From NCBI GenBank assembly GCA_003193925.1, contig PSPG01000003.1, forward strand, positions 32,001 through 96,000: a stretch of 64,000 nt of DNA, given 5' to 3'. The notes under the pieces are model-generated. The model did not search any database. It saw only the letters and a program-made list of their open reading frames with translations, and was not told the origin of the DNA. Shown one piece after another: positions 36,820 through 46,743 of this stretch (positions are counted from its first letter, which is position 1; the number at the start of each line of letters is the position of its first letter). The translations under genes and the position numbers were made by a program. The stretch comes from Candidatus Thalassarchaeum betae. GTDB taxonomy: Archaea; Thermoplasmatota; Poseidoniia; Poseidoniales; Thalassarchaeaceae.

Positions 36820-37926
36820 TCACTCGGCCTCACCGATGAAGCCGCCGAGCATCCCGAGGTCTGCGATGACCAGCATCGCGACTGCCTCTACGATGGGAGC
36901 AGCTCTCGGTCCGATGACCGGGTCATGCCTGCCTCCGACCTTGAGTGGGCGCACCTCGTCGCTGGGCAGATGCAAGGTGAACTGCTCACGCGGCAGGCTG
37001 CTGGGTGGCTTGAAGTGGACCTTAACCCTGAGGGGGGCGCTTGTGGAGCGTCCTCCCAACGCACCGTCGGCCTGACCGGTGTGGGCGCCTTCGGGAGTCG
37101 GTTCGAAGTCGCCTGACAGCCAAGCGTCGTTGTGCTGTGAGCCGCGCATCGATGACGAGTCGACACCGTGGGCGAACTCGACGGCGCGGGCTCCGGGTAT
37201 CGCCATCAGCCCGCGCGCGAGGGCGGGCTCGATACCGTCGAACCACGGTTCGCCCACGCCAATGGGAAGGCCTTCAATGAGGAGCTCGACGGTCGAACCG
37301 ACGGTGTCGAGGTCCTTCCTGACTGACTCGAGGTGCTCCGACATCCTAGCCGCCGCTTCCGGGTCCCTGCAGTTCAGACGGCCCATGTCGCTGGCTGGGT
37401 CCAGAGCCGCGGCCCTCTCCAACTCGAAAAGCGGTCTGGCACTGACTTCACCTATGCTGTGGAGATGAGCGGTGCAGGACCAGCCGACGTCATCAAGCAG
37501 GGCTCTGACCTGACTGCCGGCTGAGACCAGTCCGAAAGTCAGGCGAGCGGACTGCGAGCCTCCGCCGCGAGGGTCGTTGGCGCCATCCAAGCGAATGCCC
37601 TCGACCATGTCTGCGTGACCTGGACGGGGATGATCGGGGAGGAAGGAGTAGTCGGATGAACGCACATCTGAGTTGCGGGTGAGCAAGAGTATCGGCCAAC
37701 CGGTGGCCCTGCCCTCGTAAACACCGGAGAGGATCTCACACTCGTCGCGCTCAGAGCGAGAGGAGAGCCCCTTGCGCCCGGGACGCCGCCTAGCGATGTC
37801 CTCGGCCAGGGCGGCTGGGTCAATCGGGGTGCCGGCTGGCATCCCCTCGATGAGAGCGCCGACGCAAGAGCCGTGACTCTCGCCGAAGAGGGTGACTCGG
37901 AGTCTGTCGCCGAACCTCATTCCCAT
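36820..37926 (-). CDS. aroC: Chorismate synthase
   Basis: FGESHG, PRPGHAD, RGGGSQSAR, FKPPSS, GRHDP. Start at 37926 or 37920. Confidence 0.93.
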   Translation of the reverse strand: MGMRFGDRLRVTLFGESHGSCVGALIEGMPAGTPIDPAALAEDIARRRPGRKGLSSRSERDECEILSGVYEGRATGWPILLLTRNSDVRSSDYSFLPDHPRPGHADMVEGIRLDGANDPRGGGSQSARLTFGLVSAGSQVRALLDDVGWSCTAHLHSIGEVSARPLFELERAAALDPASDMGRLNCRDPEAAARMSEHLESVRKDLDTVGSTVELLIEGLPIGVGEPWFDGIEPALARGLMAIPGARAVEFAHGVDSSSMRGSQHNDAWLSGDFEPTPEGAHTGQADGALGGRSTSAPLRVKVHFKPPSSLPREQFTLHLPSDEVRPLKVGGRHDPVIGPRAAPIVEAVAMLVIADLGMLGGFIGEAE

Positions 37927-38783
37927 CGGGACGCCTCCTCTCTCTGCATCTGGGATTGGGTGAATGCCGCCTCTAGGACTTCCATTCTGGATTCGCGCGC
38001 GAACTCGGCGAGCAAATCCGCGTGCTGCTCGTAGCAGATGATTGCGATAGCTGGCCCAGAGCCGGTAACCCCAGCAGAAATCGCGCCTCTGGCAATAGCC
38101 GAGTTGCAAATGCGAAGGGCCTCGTCATCCCCGATCGCCGCGGCCACCGCCATCCCGTTAGCGGACATTGCTGCGAAGAGAGAGCCGCTGGAAAGCGAAG
38201 CTAGGGCCCTCTCGAACAATTTCGACTGTTTTTCGAAGGCTTCAGGCTCGACGCGAGAGTTTCTAGCGCCTCTGAGCGCTACGAGCACAGACAGGCCGGT
38301 CTCGATGTCGCCCTCAAGCAGAACTGAGTCATGCGATGTCTGCTCAGGGTCTACGAGCTTCCATCCGGGCGAGATAGCAGCCCATGCATCGTCCATGCTG
38401 CCCGTGAGCGTGCAGCCTGATCTTCTCTGTGCAGCGACTGCGATGTCGACTATCTGGGGGTCGGAAAGCCCCGTCCACGATGCCTCATCGAGCGCGCGAG
38501 CGGCCGCGCAAGCCAGAGCGGCGCTCGATTTCAGACCCTGTCCCACAGGAACCTCGCTCTCGACCCTCCAGCCGGTATCGTCAGGCGTCGGGTAGCCGGA
38601 CTCGCCCCATACGGCGAGCACTGAGTCGAGCACCCCGTGCTCGTCCTGCGGTACGAAAGCCGGCCCTTCGACCAGACTGACCTCGGTTTCCAGTTGGAGA
38701 CCGACGGAGCAGCCCTTGCCTAGTCCTGCGGCGTGGAGGATCGATATCCCGCCGTTGGCTCGACCAGTTCCGAGGACCGTCAT
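37917..38783 (-). CDS. aroK: Archaeal (GHMP-type) shikimate kinase
   Basis: SEVPVGQGLKSSAA, TLTGSMDDA, GVTGSGPA. Confidence 0.92.
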   Translation of the reverse strand: MTVLGTGRANGGISILHAAGLGKGCSVGLQLETEVSLVEGPAFVPQDEHGVLDSVLAVWGESGYPTPDDTGWRVESEVPVGQGLKSSAALACAAARALDEASWTGLSDPQIVDIAVAAQRRSGCTLTGSMDDAWAAISPGWKLVDPEQTSHDSVLLEGDIETGLSVLVALRGARNSRVEPEAFEKQSKLFERALASLSSGSLFAAMSANGMAVAAAIGDDEALRICNSAIARGAISAGVTGSGPAIAIICYEQHADLLAEFARESRMEVLEAAFTQSQMQREEASRWE

Positions 38784-39730
38784 CTCTCACTCATCTCCCC
38801 AGGCAGAGCCTGCCCGATGTGCCTCATGCTGCTGTCGAGGCGGACCAGCATCTCGTCGCCGGACTCCAGCTCGGTCACTGACACCGCCTCGCCAGCAGGA
38901 GAGACCAGGCGGACGGTCTCCGCCTGCTGGGCCATGAGTTGGCCCTCGGCGGAGCCGCACTCGAATCGTACTAGGAGGAAGGGGCGGCGCTCGATCTTGA
39001 GGCGTCCGATGCTAGCCGAGCGCCGAGCGCCGTCCGCAGCTAGCACGGCCACCATGTCACCGGCACGAAGTTCGCTGAGGTACTTGGTCGAGCCATCTGC
39101 CATGAGGGCGTATGCATGCACCGCCCCGGCATTGATGCGGAAGGGTCGCGACGGCACATACTCTGAGGGCAGGGTCTCGCCGTGGACTAGGCAGAGGGCC
39201 CCTGAGACGGAGCCGATTGCCATTCCCTCCCCCGGAGCCAGCCTCTCGATCAGGTCGACGCAGAGTCTCTCACCGACGCCACCGGACTCTACTGAGAGCA
39301 CGGTGGCCGTCGATAGCTCGCTGGAGAGCGGCTCGCCCTCGTCGTCCCCGGTACCCGCCGAGGCCCACTCCCTAGCTGCCGACCAGAGGGCCTCCGAATC
39401 GACCTCGGGCGGTAGCAGGACGGCGTCAACGCCGTGCTCGAGGGCGAAGGCCGCGCCCGGTAGGTCAACCTCGTTCGAGATGGCCGCGGCCACACGCGTC
39501 CCGCTGCCAACGGCAGCGGCGACGATGTTCTCCAGCGGTATCATCGTCCAGTCGGAGCATCGGACGAGAATCCAAGGCACCATCCCGACGAGGGAGCGGG
39601 CCTCGTCCTGTCCGCGGTAGTCGTCCAGTGCGACCTCAGCGACGTCGGGCGCGCTGCCGTCCCACACGCGACTAGCGCCCTCTGGGAGAGAGTTTGGGCC
39701 GGAGCCGGAAGCATCGAGCCAGAGTTCCAT
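38780..39730 (-). CDS. 3-dehydroquinate synthase II
   Basis: DWTMIPLENIVA, GERLCVD, RPFRINAGAVHAY, GRLKIERRP, QQAETVRL. Confidence 0.93.
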   Translation of the reverse strand: MELWLDASGSGPNSLPEGASRVWDGSAPDVAEVALDDYRGQDEARSLVGMVPWILVRCSDWTMIPLENIVAAAVGSGTRVAAAISNEVDLPGAAFALEHGVDAVLLPPEVDSEALWSAAREWASAGTGDDEGEPLSSELSTATVLSVESGGVGERLCVDLIERLAPGEGMAIGSVSGALCLVHGETLPSEYVPSRPFRINAGAVHAYALMADGSTKYLSELRAGDMVAVLAADGARRSASIGRLKIERRPFLLVRFECGSAEGQLMAQQAETVRLVSPAGEAVSVTELESGDEMLVRLDSSMRHIGQALPGEMSER

Positions 39731-39734
39731 GAAA

Positions 39735-40532
39735 TCACTCCCCGAGGAGCTCGGTGGCCTCAGCGGCGCTCGCCCCGTCGTGGACTATCGCTCGCAGAGC
39801 CCTGACGTGCGCGGTGGGATCTTCGGCGCCGAAAACCTGCCTGCCCATGCAGACGCCCCCGCCGCCCGCACCCATGGCCGCCTCTACGATGTCGAGGAGT
39901 TCGCGAAACGAGGTGTCTCGTGGACCCCCCGCGATGAGCACTGGAATCGGAACCGCGTCAGTGACTCGGTGGAATGAATCGGCGGAGCCGTTCCAGGGCA
40001 CCTTGACGACGTTGCAACCGAGTTCCCAGGCAATCCTGGCTGCGTGGGCCACTCCACCTGTGTCATCGTCATCTGCGACTTTGAGATTTGGTCCGCGGGG
40101 GTAGACCATGCCCAGCACGGGCACGCCGAGTGGGAATGCCTCTGAGGTCAGGTTGCCTAGTTGTGAAATCATCTCCGGCTCGGCTTCGTCGCCGAGGTTG
40201 ACTTGCCCGGAGACGCCCACGGCGCCACGCTGCCAGCACTCCTCGGCGCTTGCGACGCTGACCTTGTACTTCGAGCGAGGGCCCCCATGCACGGTCGAGG
40301 CGGAAACGTGGCAGACGAAACTGCCCCAGCCGGTCCTACCGAGCTGGTGGCTAAGGGCCCCCTTGTGCAAAACGATAGCGTCGGCCCCTCCCTCAATGGC
40401 CGAATCGACCACCGAATCCATTCTCTCGAGACCAGACTCGGGATACCCCGAGACCCCGTGGTCCATCGGAATCCACACACCCCTTCCCCCGGGGAGGATA
40501 CGCTCCAGTCGGTCGCCGAGGGTATCTGCCAT
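39735..40532 (-). CDS. 2-amino-3,7-dideoxy-D-threo-hept-6-ulosonate synthase (class I aldolase)
   Basis: IPMDHG, HKG, MVYPRG, AHAARIAWELG..VVKV, PVLIAGG, GRQVF. Adjacent to DHQ synthase II. Confidence 0.88.
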   Translation of the reverse strand: MADTLGDRLERILPGGRGVWIPMDHGVSGYPESGLERMDSVVDSAIEGGADAIVLHKGALSHQLGRTGWGSFVCHVSASTVHGGPRSKYKVSVASAEECWQRGAVGVSGQVNLGDEAEPEMISQLGNLTSEAFPLGVPVLGMVYPRGPNLKVADDDDTGGVAHAARIAWELGCNVVKVPWNGSADSFHRVTDAVPIPVLIAGGPRDTSFRELLDIVEAAMGAGGGGVCMGRQVFGAEDPTAHVRALRAIVHDGASAAEATELLGE

Positions 40533-40592
40533 GCATCCTCGCCAGTGCCTCATCACTTGAAAGGTGGCCCATCCCCCCATTTGCAGGGAAAC

Positions 40593-40611
40593 CCGCTCCC
40601 GCAGGGAGCGG
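40593..40611. other. Intergenic perfect hairpin CCGCTCCC-GCA-GGGAGCGG
   Basis: 8-bp inverted repeat with a 3-nt loop immediately after the xth stop. Confidence 0.45.
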
Positions 40612-40612
40612 A

Positions 40613-41401
40613 TCACATGTCTAGGTCGACTATCAGAGGCGCGTGGTCAGAGACGGTCAGACCCCCCTCACGAAGCACCTCGCCCGATCTGAACAGGGGT
40701 CTTGCTGCAGCATTTGCGAGCACGTAGTCAATCCTCCAGCCGCGGTCCAACTCCCTGGCACGACCGCGGTTCGACCACCATGTGTACGGCCCCTTGCCCG
40801 GACCGATGTAGATGCGCAGGAGGTCGTGCCAGCCACTGTCGAGCAGGCGGGCGAACCACTCACGCTCGTGGTCGAGGAAGCCGGAGGTCCGGCGGTTGCC
40901 TGAGGGATTCCAGATGTCGTCCTCGGTGTGGGCGATGTTGAGGTCGCCGCATAGGAGCACGGGCTCGTCCGAGTCAACGAATGCCTTTCCCCACGCCAGC
41001 ATGTCCTCAATCCACCGGTCTTTGTACAGCTGGCGTTCGAGGCTTGACGAACCGTTCGGCAGGTACATGTTGACGCAGTGGAGTCTGCCGTGCTTGGTGT
41101 GCAGGACGCGGCCATCAGGGTCGCGAACCTCATCCAACTCCGTGTCGATTCCGCGACCAACCTCGACAAGGCCCACTCTAGAGCAGGTCATCACGCCCGA
41201 ATAGCCCTTCTTCTGAGCCGGGTGCCAAATCACTTCGTGCCCAGCGGGTGCCGCCCAGTCGTCCGGCATCTGCTCGGGCAGCGCTCGCGTCTCCTGGAAC
41301 AGCCAGATATCCGCGTCGATGCGTCTGACGAAGTCATCCAGCCCCTTGCGGTGGGCCGCACGGATGCCATTGAGGTTCCAAGTCGCTACGCGCACGACCA
41401 C
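40613..41401 (-). CDS. xth: Exodeoxyribonuclease III (AP endonuclease)
   Basis: ATWNLNGIRA, QET, KGYSGV, YLPNG, CGDLNIAH, GWRIDY, SDHAP. Confidence 0.96.
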   Translation of the reverse strand: MVVRVATWNLNGIRAAHRKGLDDFVRRIDADIWLFQETRALPEQMPDDWAAPAGHEVIWHPAQKKGYSGVMTCSRVGLVEVGRGIDTELDEVRDPDGRVLHTKHGRLHCVNMYLPNGSSSLERQLYKDRWIEDMLAWGKAFVDSDEPVLLCGDLNIAHTEDDIWNPSGNRRTSGFLDHEREWFARLLDSGWHDLLRIYIGPGKGPYTWWSNRGRARELDRGWRIDYVLANAAARPLFRSGEVLREGGLTVSDHAPLIVDLDM

Positions 41402-41404
41402 GCC

Positions 41405-43867
41405 TCACTGCGAGAGGTCCTTGACCCTCTCGACGAGGTCCATCCTGCTGACGCGCCACATCCCGAACGGTGTTAGCGCCACTGAGATGAACACTATGAC
41501 GCCGATAAGGGTGACAGCAGCTGCTGGGTCCGCCTGCACAGAGAAGTAGAACGACCACTGAACCATGGCTGAGATTAGGTGTCGTGTCGCTACTATGGTG
41601 AAGATGCAGGCCAGAATGCCGCCAATCAGCCCGATGGCGAAGTGCTCGCCGAGCATCATCGTCCCGATCCGACGTATAGGCGCCCCCAGGACCCGCAGGG
41701 TCGCAAGCTCGGAGTCGCGCTCTGCGAGGTTCATCAGCAGGGTGTTGAACAGCACGGCGATGGCTATGATGACGCCGAGTCCGAGGATGGCGCCGAAGAT
41801 CTGCTCCTGCTGATCCATCAGCGTGTTGTATGACTCCACCATGTCCTGCTTCTGGGTGATTCCGATGGACAGTTCGCCTATCTCATCGTCCAGCTCGACT
41901 CCTTCTGGAAGTTGTATCAGCACTGTGGTGACCTCGAGTCCCACTGCCGCGGAAAGGTCAGCGCGGTGGAAGTACAGCGTGCGAGCGATTTCGCCCTGGG
42001 TAACGCCGGTAATCTCGACATCGAGGGAGTTCGACAGCCCGAACATGACCGTCTGGATCTGCCCGACCTCCCAATCCAGGAACAGCATGGTGCCCTCGTC
42101 GACCAGTACTTGAGTCGTCTCGGCTCCGGCGGCTGGGAGGGAGCCTTCTTTCAAGTCTAACACTAACATCGAATCGCTCTCGGTGGAGATGCGATCCAGC
42201 CCGTATGCGAGGAACTGCCTCGAGTCGCCCTCGGCTTTGCCGGGGAACACCAGCATGGACTCGTGGGCGGCCTCCCTATCCTCGGCCCATCCTATGATGG
42301 CGTCCTCGCCGCCGAACGGGACATTGACCATCGCGTCCCAGTTCTGGTCCTTGATGCCCCCCGTGAAGAGTTCCTCCATCGAGCCCATCATCAGCACCAT
42401 GGAGCCGAACAACAGCATCGAGAGGCCCACGGCCACGAAAGTGAGGATGAGGCGAATCGGCTTGCGGATGCTCGAGCGAATGGTCAGTCCGACTGTTGCA
42501 GGCAGGCGAGAAGTGAGCCTCTGAATACCTCGAGATGACAGTCTGACCTCGTGTTGGCCGCTCAGTACCTCGAGAGGCTGCATCTTGGATGCCTGCCATG
42601 CCGGGCGGATACCGGAGAGCAGTGCTATGGCCATAGCGATGGCGCAGGTCTGGATGACCAAGGAGGCCTCAACATGGTAGCCTATGGCAGGAATGCCGAT
42701 GATTGCCTCGTACATACCCACCATAGCAGGTGCGCCCAAAGTGATTCCCAGCACGGTGCCAATCACGCAACCGACCAGTCCGATCGCAATCGGGGCGATG
42801 ATGTAGCCGGGCATTATGGAGGAACTGGGAATGCCCAGTGTTCGCAGGACGGCAATCTCCCTCGCCTGCGACTGGATGAGCCTCTGCAGGCTCAGGAAGA
42901 TGGTGATGCCTGCCACTATCGCGATCATCCCTGTGATGAGCGGGAACGATAGTTGCGCGCCCTCGGCGTCGGCGCGCAGGAACTCGACGGACTGTACACC
43001 TGAGCGGTCGTACACCAGCGAAGATTCGTGTTTGCCGACAAGGGAAAACCAGTCATCCACGATGCCGGAGATATCCCCTATCAACACACCGAGCTGTTCG
43101 CCCTCGACCTCGTCGGTCGACTGCAGGTCGTAATCCGGGGTGTCCTCGATGTCGAGCAGCAGCAGGTTGGCGGAGCCAGCGGTCAGATTGGCAAGTCGCT
43201 CTAGGCCGGCGTCCGACAAGTATCCTGTGGCGAAGGTCCCTGCCTCAGCGGGTAGCAGGACGCCTTCCTGCGCGAAGTATAGGTGATTGGAGTGGTAGCC
43301 GATGCCGACCACGGTGTAGTCCGTGATACCGTGTCCCGCGCCGAGCGAGATGCTGTCTCCCAGTTCGATTCCCATTCCCGAGGCGGCGTGCTCGTCGAGC
43401 ACTATCTCATCGTCCGCAACTGCCATGGTGCCTGAGCAGCAGTCGTGGTCGGGGAACCAGACCCGATCGACCTCCCCCTCGTCGATGCCGTGCCACACTG
43501 CGACGACGAGCCTCTCCTCGCCTGCATCGTCTGTATGGAACATGAGGCCGTCCATGACCAATCTGGGCTCGCAGACATCGAGCGCGAGCGATGGCTCGGG
43601 CCATTGGTCCAAAATGGCCTGACAGAGCGAATCAGCGGTAGCCCCGTCCCACGTGCCGCTAGGGTTCTCGATCCACACATCCGGGAGGTTGACGCCTTCG
43701 TCATCATCGGCGTAGATGTCGTCGTACAGTCCTGCCGCGGAGTCGGCGTAGGAACCGAATGAGATGCCGGAGAAGACGCCGATGGCGATCATCAGGACGA
43801 CCGCTACCAGCCTGAGCTTGGTGCGCCACAGGCTCCGGGCGAGCCGCTTGGTGAGCAGCATGGACAC
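41405..43867 (-). CDS. ABC transporter permease, FtsX/MacB-like (two permease domains)
   Basis: QAREIAVLRTLG and ERDSELATLRVLG motifs, large extracellular loops. Confidence 0.92.
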   Translation of the reverse strand: MSMLLTKRLARSLWRTKLRLVAVVLMIAIGVFSGISFGSYADSAAGLYDDIYADDDEGVNLPDVWIENPSGTWDGATADSLCQAILDQWPEPSLALDVCEPRLVMDGLMFHTDDAGEERLVVAVWHGIDEGEVDRVWFPDHDCCSGTMAVADDEIVLDEHAASGMGIELGDSISLGAGHGITDYTVVGIGYHSNHLYFAQEGVLLPAEAGTFATGYLSDAGLERLANLTAGSANLLLLDIEDTPDYDLQSTDEVEGEQLGVLIGDISGIVDDWFSLVGKHESSLVYDRSGVQSVEFLRADAEGAQLSFPLITGMIAIVAGITIFLSLQRLIQSQAREIAVLRTLGIPSSSIMPGYIIAPIAIGLVGCVIGTVLGITLGAPAMVGMYEAIIGIPAIGYHVEASLVIQTCAIAMAIALLSGIRPAWQASKMQPLEVLSGQHEVRLSSRGIQRLTSRLPATVGLTIRSSIRKPIRLILTFVAVGLSMLLFGSMVLMMGSMEELFTGGIKDQNWDAMVNVPFGGEDAIIGWAEDREAAHESMLVFPGKAEGDSRQFLAYGLDRISTESDSMLVLDLKEGSLPAAGAETTQVLVDEGTMLFLDWEVGQIQTVMFGLSNSLDVEITGVTQGEIARTLYFHRADLSAAVGLEVTTVLIQLPEGVELDDEIGELSIGITQKQDMVESYNTLMDQQEQIFGAILGLGVIIAIAVLFNTLLMNLAERDSELATLRVLGAPIRRIGTMMLGEHFAIGLIGGILACIFTIVATRHLISAMVQWSFYFSVQADPAAAVTLIGVIVFISVALTPFGMWRVSRMDLVERVKDLSQ

Positions 43868-43876
43868 CTGACCACC

Positions 43877-44560
43877 TCACTCGACCGGAACATCGGACAT
43901 TATCTGGCCGCTGTCCAACCTGACGACTCTGGTCGCGTATTGCATCAGAGACTCGTCGTGGGTAACGAAGACGCAGGTGATTCCCTCGGCCTCGCAAGCC
44001 CTCACGAGCACCTCCATCACCATCGCCGAAGTCTTGGAATCTAGGTTGCCGGTCAACTCGTCGCCCAGCAGCAGCCTCGGGCTCTTGGCGAGGCTGCGCG
44101 CGATTGCGACCCGCTGCTGCTGGCCGCCGCTGATCTCCGCGGGGAAGCGGTCGATCTCGACCTCTAGTTCAACGAGTTCGAGCAGCTGACGGGCGCGAGC
44201 CTCGTCACGCCTGCCTGCCAGTTCCTGTATCAGCAGGATGTTCTCGAACACGGTGAGGTCCTGCAGGAGGTTGAAGAACTGGAAGACATAGCCGATGTTG
44301 TCCCTGCGGAAGGTGGTCATATCCTCCGAGTTGTGTCGTGGGACTGGAATGCCTTCGAAGGCGTAGGAACCCGCAGTGGGGCTGTCCAGCGCCGAGATGC
44401 AGTTCAGCAGAGTCGTCTTGCCCGAGCCGGACGGGCCGAGCAGGATGATGCGTTCCCCTTGGTAGATGTCGAGATCTATCCCGTCGAGCGCCCTGACGGT
44501 CTCCGAGGACATCACGTAGTGCCTCTCCATCCCCCTGATTCTCACCATAGGCTCCGCCAT
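43877..44560 (-). CDS. ABC transporter ATP-binding protein (LolD/MacB-like)
   Basis: GPSGSGKT, IGYVFQFFNL, ISGGQQQRVAIAR, DELTGNLDS, VTHD. Confidence 0.96.
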   Translation of the reverse strand: MAEPMVRIRGMERHYVMSSETVRALDGIDLDIYQGERIILLGPSGSGKTTLLNCISALDSPTAGSYAFEGIPVPRHNSEDMTTFRRDNIGYVFQFFNLLQDLTVFENILLIQELAGRRDEARARQLLELVELEVEIDRFPAEISGGQQQRVAIARSLAKSPRLLLGDELTGNLDSKTSAMVMEVLVRACEAEGITCVFVTHDESLMQYATRVVRLDSGQIMSDVPVE

Positions 44561-44619
44561 CTGAACTACTCCGTAGTTCACCGAGAGTCGCGGACTAATC
44601 AACTTCACCGCGAGCAAGG

Positions 44620-46695
44620 TCAGGACTTCGAGGCCCCGGCGAAGAAGGCCATCGAGTCGCGGAACAGCTCTTCTCTGCGACGAATCTTGTTGTCCCTTAC
44701 CTTGAGCCAGGTCAATGCGACTGCGATGGCCAGCAAGATCGGGACGAAGACCTCAGCCTGGTACCTCTCCATGAATTCGATTATCCCCCTAGCGGTGTAG
44801 GCCCAAGTCAGCGAAGCCGCAGTCCCCCCTATCATGCAGGCTGCGAGAACGCGCTCGAAGGGCATCCTAGCCACCAGTCCGAGCATCGCTCCGACGAGCA
44901 CCCCGCTGGCCATGAAGGGGATCCAGACGAAGACGATGAGCCCCCAGTAACCGTAGCGGTCAATCCTACCCTGGTTCTTGTGGGCCACGTACTCCACCGA
45001 CGACAGGATATCCCCCATGAACGGGTTCTGCAGGAGGGCGCCTGCGATTCCGCCCATCTTGGCCACCATCGCCTCGCCGGTGTACTCTTTCACACCCTGC
45101 TCGACCCTGCCTGCGATGGCTCGGTCGGCCAAAGTCGATTTCTCGTTGCGGGCGCTGACCACCAATGACCGCCCGCGCAAGTGCGGCGCTAGGTCGGAGG
45201 AGAGCTGCTTCTCGAGGTCGTCTTGCAGGTCCTTGTAGGACGGTTTGAACAGGAAGTAGGCGAAGCGCTGCACGGGTCGGTAGATCACCCGTACGAAGAC
45301 CGCTTCCTCATCGGCCATGATGGCGGTCCCGAAGCCGACGAGGTCGTGCTTCCTGAACCAGCGCGCCAGGCTCTCCTGACCCGCCACTTCGAGTTTGCCG
45401 AAGGCGCTCATCTCCGAGAAAAAGCCGCTGTAGTCCTCTGCGAGAGGTATTCTGCTGCTTCCCCAAGCCATGAAGTTCGAGTCCAAGGAGGTGAGGTCGT
45501 CGCCTGAGGTCACCGAATCGGTGCACACCACCTTCAACTGGAGTGGTCGCATCTCACCGAAGACCGCGTACTCCTCGAGCAGGTACTTGGTTATCTCAGT
45601 GCGAACGTCGATCGGGGTGGCAATGGTCTTGCCAGTGGTGCTGTAAGGCAGGTAGACATCGATGGATATCGGTCTGTCCTGCAGTTTCATCTCGTCGAAG
45701 TCGACATCGAAGCGGAGGTCCTTGGAGACCCTCCTGATGGTCCTCTCGATGAGTCTCCTCATCTGGGGAGTGGTCAGAAGGTCGGCGTCGTCCCTGTGGT
45801 AGAGTCTGTGCATCAGCGGGTACTGCACGCAAAGGAAGAAAATCGACATGCCCAGAGAGACGAATGCTAGCCACCAAGCAGGTATGCCCGCGCTGCCCCC
45901 CCAGAGCATGGCGGTCTCCCTGCCGCCACCCCACTCGGCGCCCATCAGCCTCCATCCCCACTTTCCCAATCCCTCGGTGGTCCAGCACGAGCGTGACTCG
46001 GTGTCGATGATCTCGGCCTCCTTCTCCTTCACCTGACTGAAGGGTCCGCCAGTCGTTTCGGTATGCACTTCGACTGAGACCACCTTGACCTTGACTGGGA
46101 ACAGCGAGGCTTCCTCTTCGTCGAAATCTTCCTGACTGGCTACGGGTGACAGGTCGACAGCGGAGTCCGAGGCGAACAGTGTGACGTTGACTGTGTAGGT
46201 GCCATCGGCCAGTTCGTCATCCAACAGCAGCTGCGACCTGATATCACCCAAGCCTCCCTTGAATATGGAGGTCATTGGGTTCTCACCGCTGACGACCAGT
46301 GAGATGACGAGAACGGTGCCCCTCTCTGGTGCATTGTGGGTCTGGACGAAGATCTCGTCGTTAGAAGCCCAGATGTTGAACCAGAACTCCTCAGTGCGGT
46401 CGACGCACTGCTCGCCCGTGTCGAGGGGGGTCTTGGAGAGGGCCCCATCCACCACGACCGAATCGGCGGCGATGTAGCCGGATGACATCAGCATGACGCC
46501 GCCGAAGAACACCACCCCGGCGATGAGGCCGAAGAGCAGGGTCCAGTCGTCGAAAGTCCCTCTGAAGAACTGCCTGCGACCCTCTCTGCGCTGCCGTATC
46601 CGATCCAGCTCCCTGTCGATGGGGGAGGGGGCCGTTGGGTCCTGCGGAACTTCTTGCGCTGCCGTCACGGTGGCGGCAGGAGAGGAGGGTCTCAT
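44620..46695 (-). CDS. Large membrane protein with C-terminal COG2426-like (small multidrug export) region
   Basis: GGGRETAML TM region and C-terminal RYGYWGLIVFVWIPFMASGVLVGAMLG, resembling the family's G.WGL..FV.IP...TG motif. Confidence 0.65.
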   Translation of the reverse strand: MRPSSPAATVTAAQEVPQDPTAPSPIDRELDRIRQRREGRRQFFRGTFDDWTLLFGLIAGVVFFGGVMLMSSGYIAADSVVVDGALSKTPLDTGEQCVDRTEEFWFNIWASNDEIFVQTHNAPERGTVLVISLVVSGENPMTSIFKGGLGDIRSQLLLDDELADGTYTVNVTLFASDSAVDLSPVASQEDFDEEEASLFPVKVKVVSVEVHTETTGGPFSQVKEKEAEIIDTESRSCWTTEGLGKWGWRLMGAEWGGGRETAMLWGGSAGIPAWWLAFVSLGMSIFFLCVQYPLMHRLYHRDDADLLTTPQMRRLIERTIRRVSKDLRFDVDFDEMKLQDRPISIDVYLPYSTTGKTIATPIDVRTEITKYLLEEYAVFGEMRPLQLKVVCTDSVTSGDDLTSLDSNFMAWGSSRIPLAEDYSGFFSEMSAFGKLEVAGQESLARWFRKHDLVGFGTAIMADEEAVFVRVIYRPVQRFAYFLFKPSYKDLQDDLEKQLSSDLAPHLRGRSLVVSARNEKSTLADRAIAGRVEQGVKEYTGEAMVAKMGGIAGALLQNPFMGDILSSVEYVAHKNQGRIDRYGYWGLIVFVWIPFMASGVLVGAMLGLVARMPFERVLAACMIGGTAASLTWAYTARGIIEFMERYQAEVFVPILLAIAVALTWLKVRDNKIRRREELFRDSMAFFAGASKS

Positions 46696-46697
46696 AG

Positions 46698-46721
46698 CCC
46701 TGTCCCCAGGGGGGGACAGGG
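46698..46721. terminator. 10-bp GC-rich hairpin downstream of the EF-hand protein gene
   Basis: CCCTGTCCCC-AGGG-GGGGACAGGG, ending 2 nt before the next ATG on the minus strand. Confidence 0.4.
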
Positions 46722-46743
46722 ACTACCTAGTTCGCAAGCAGAT

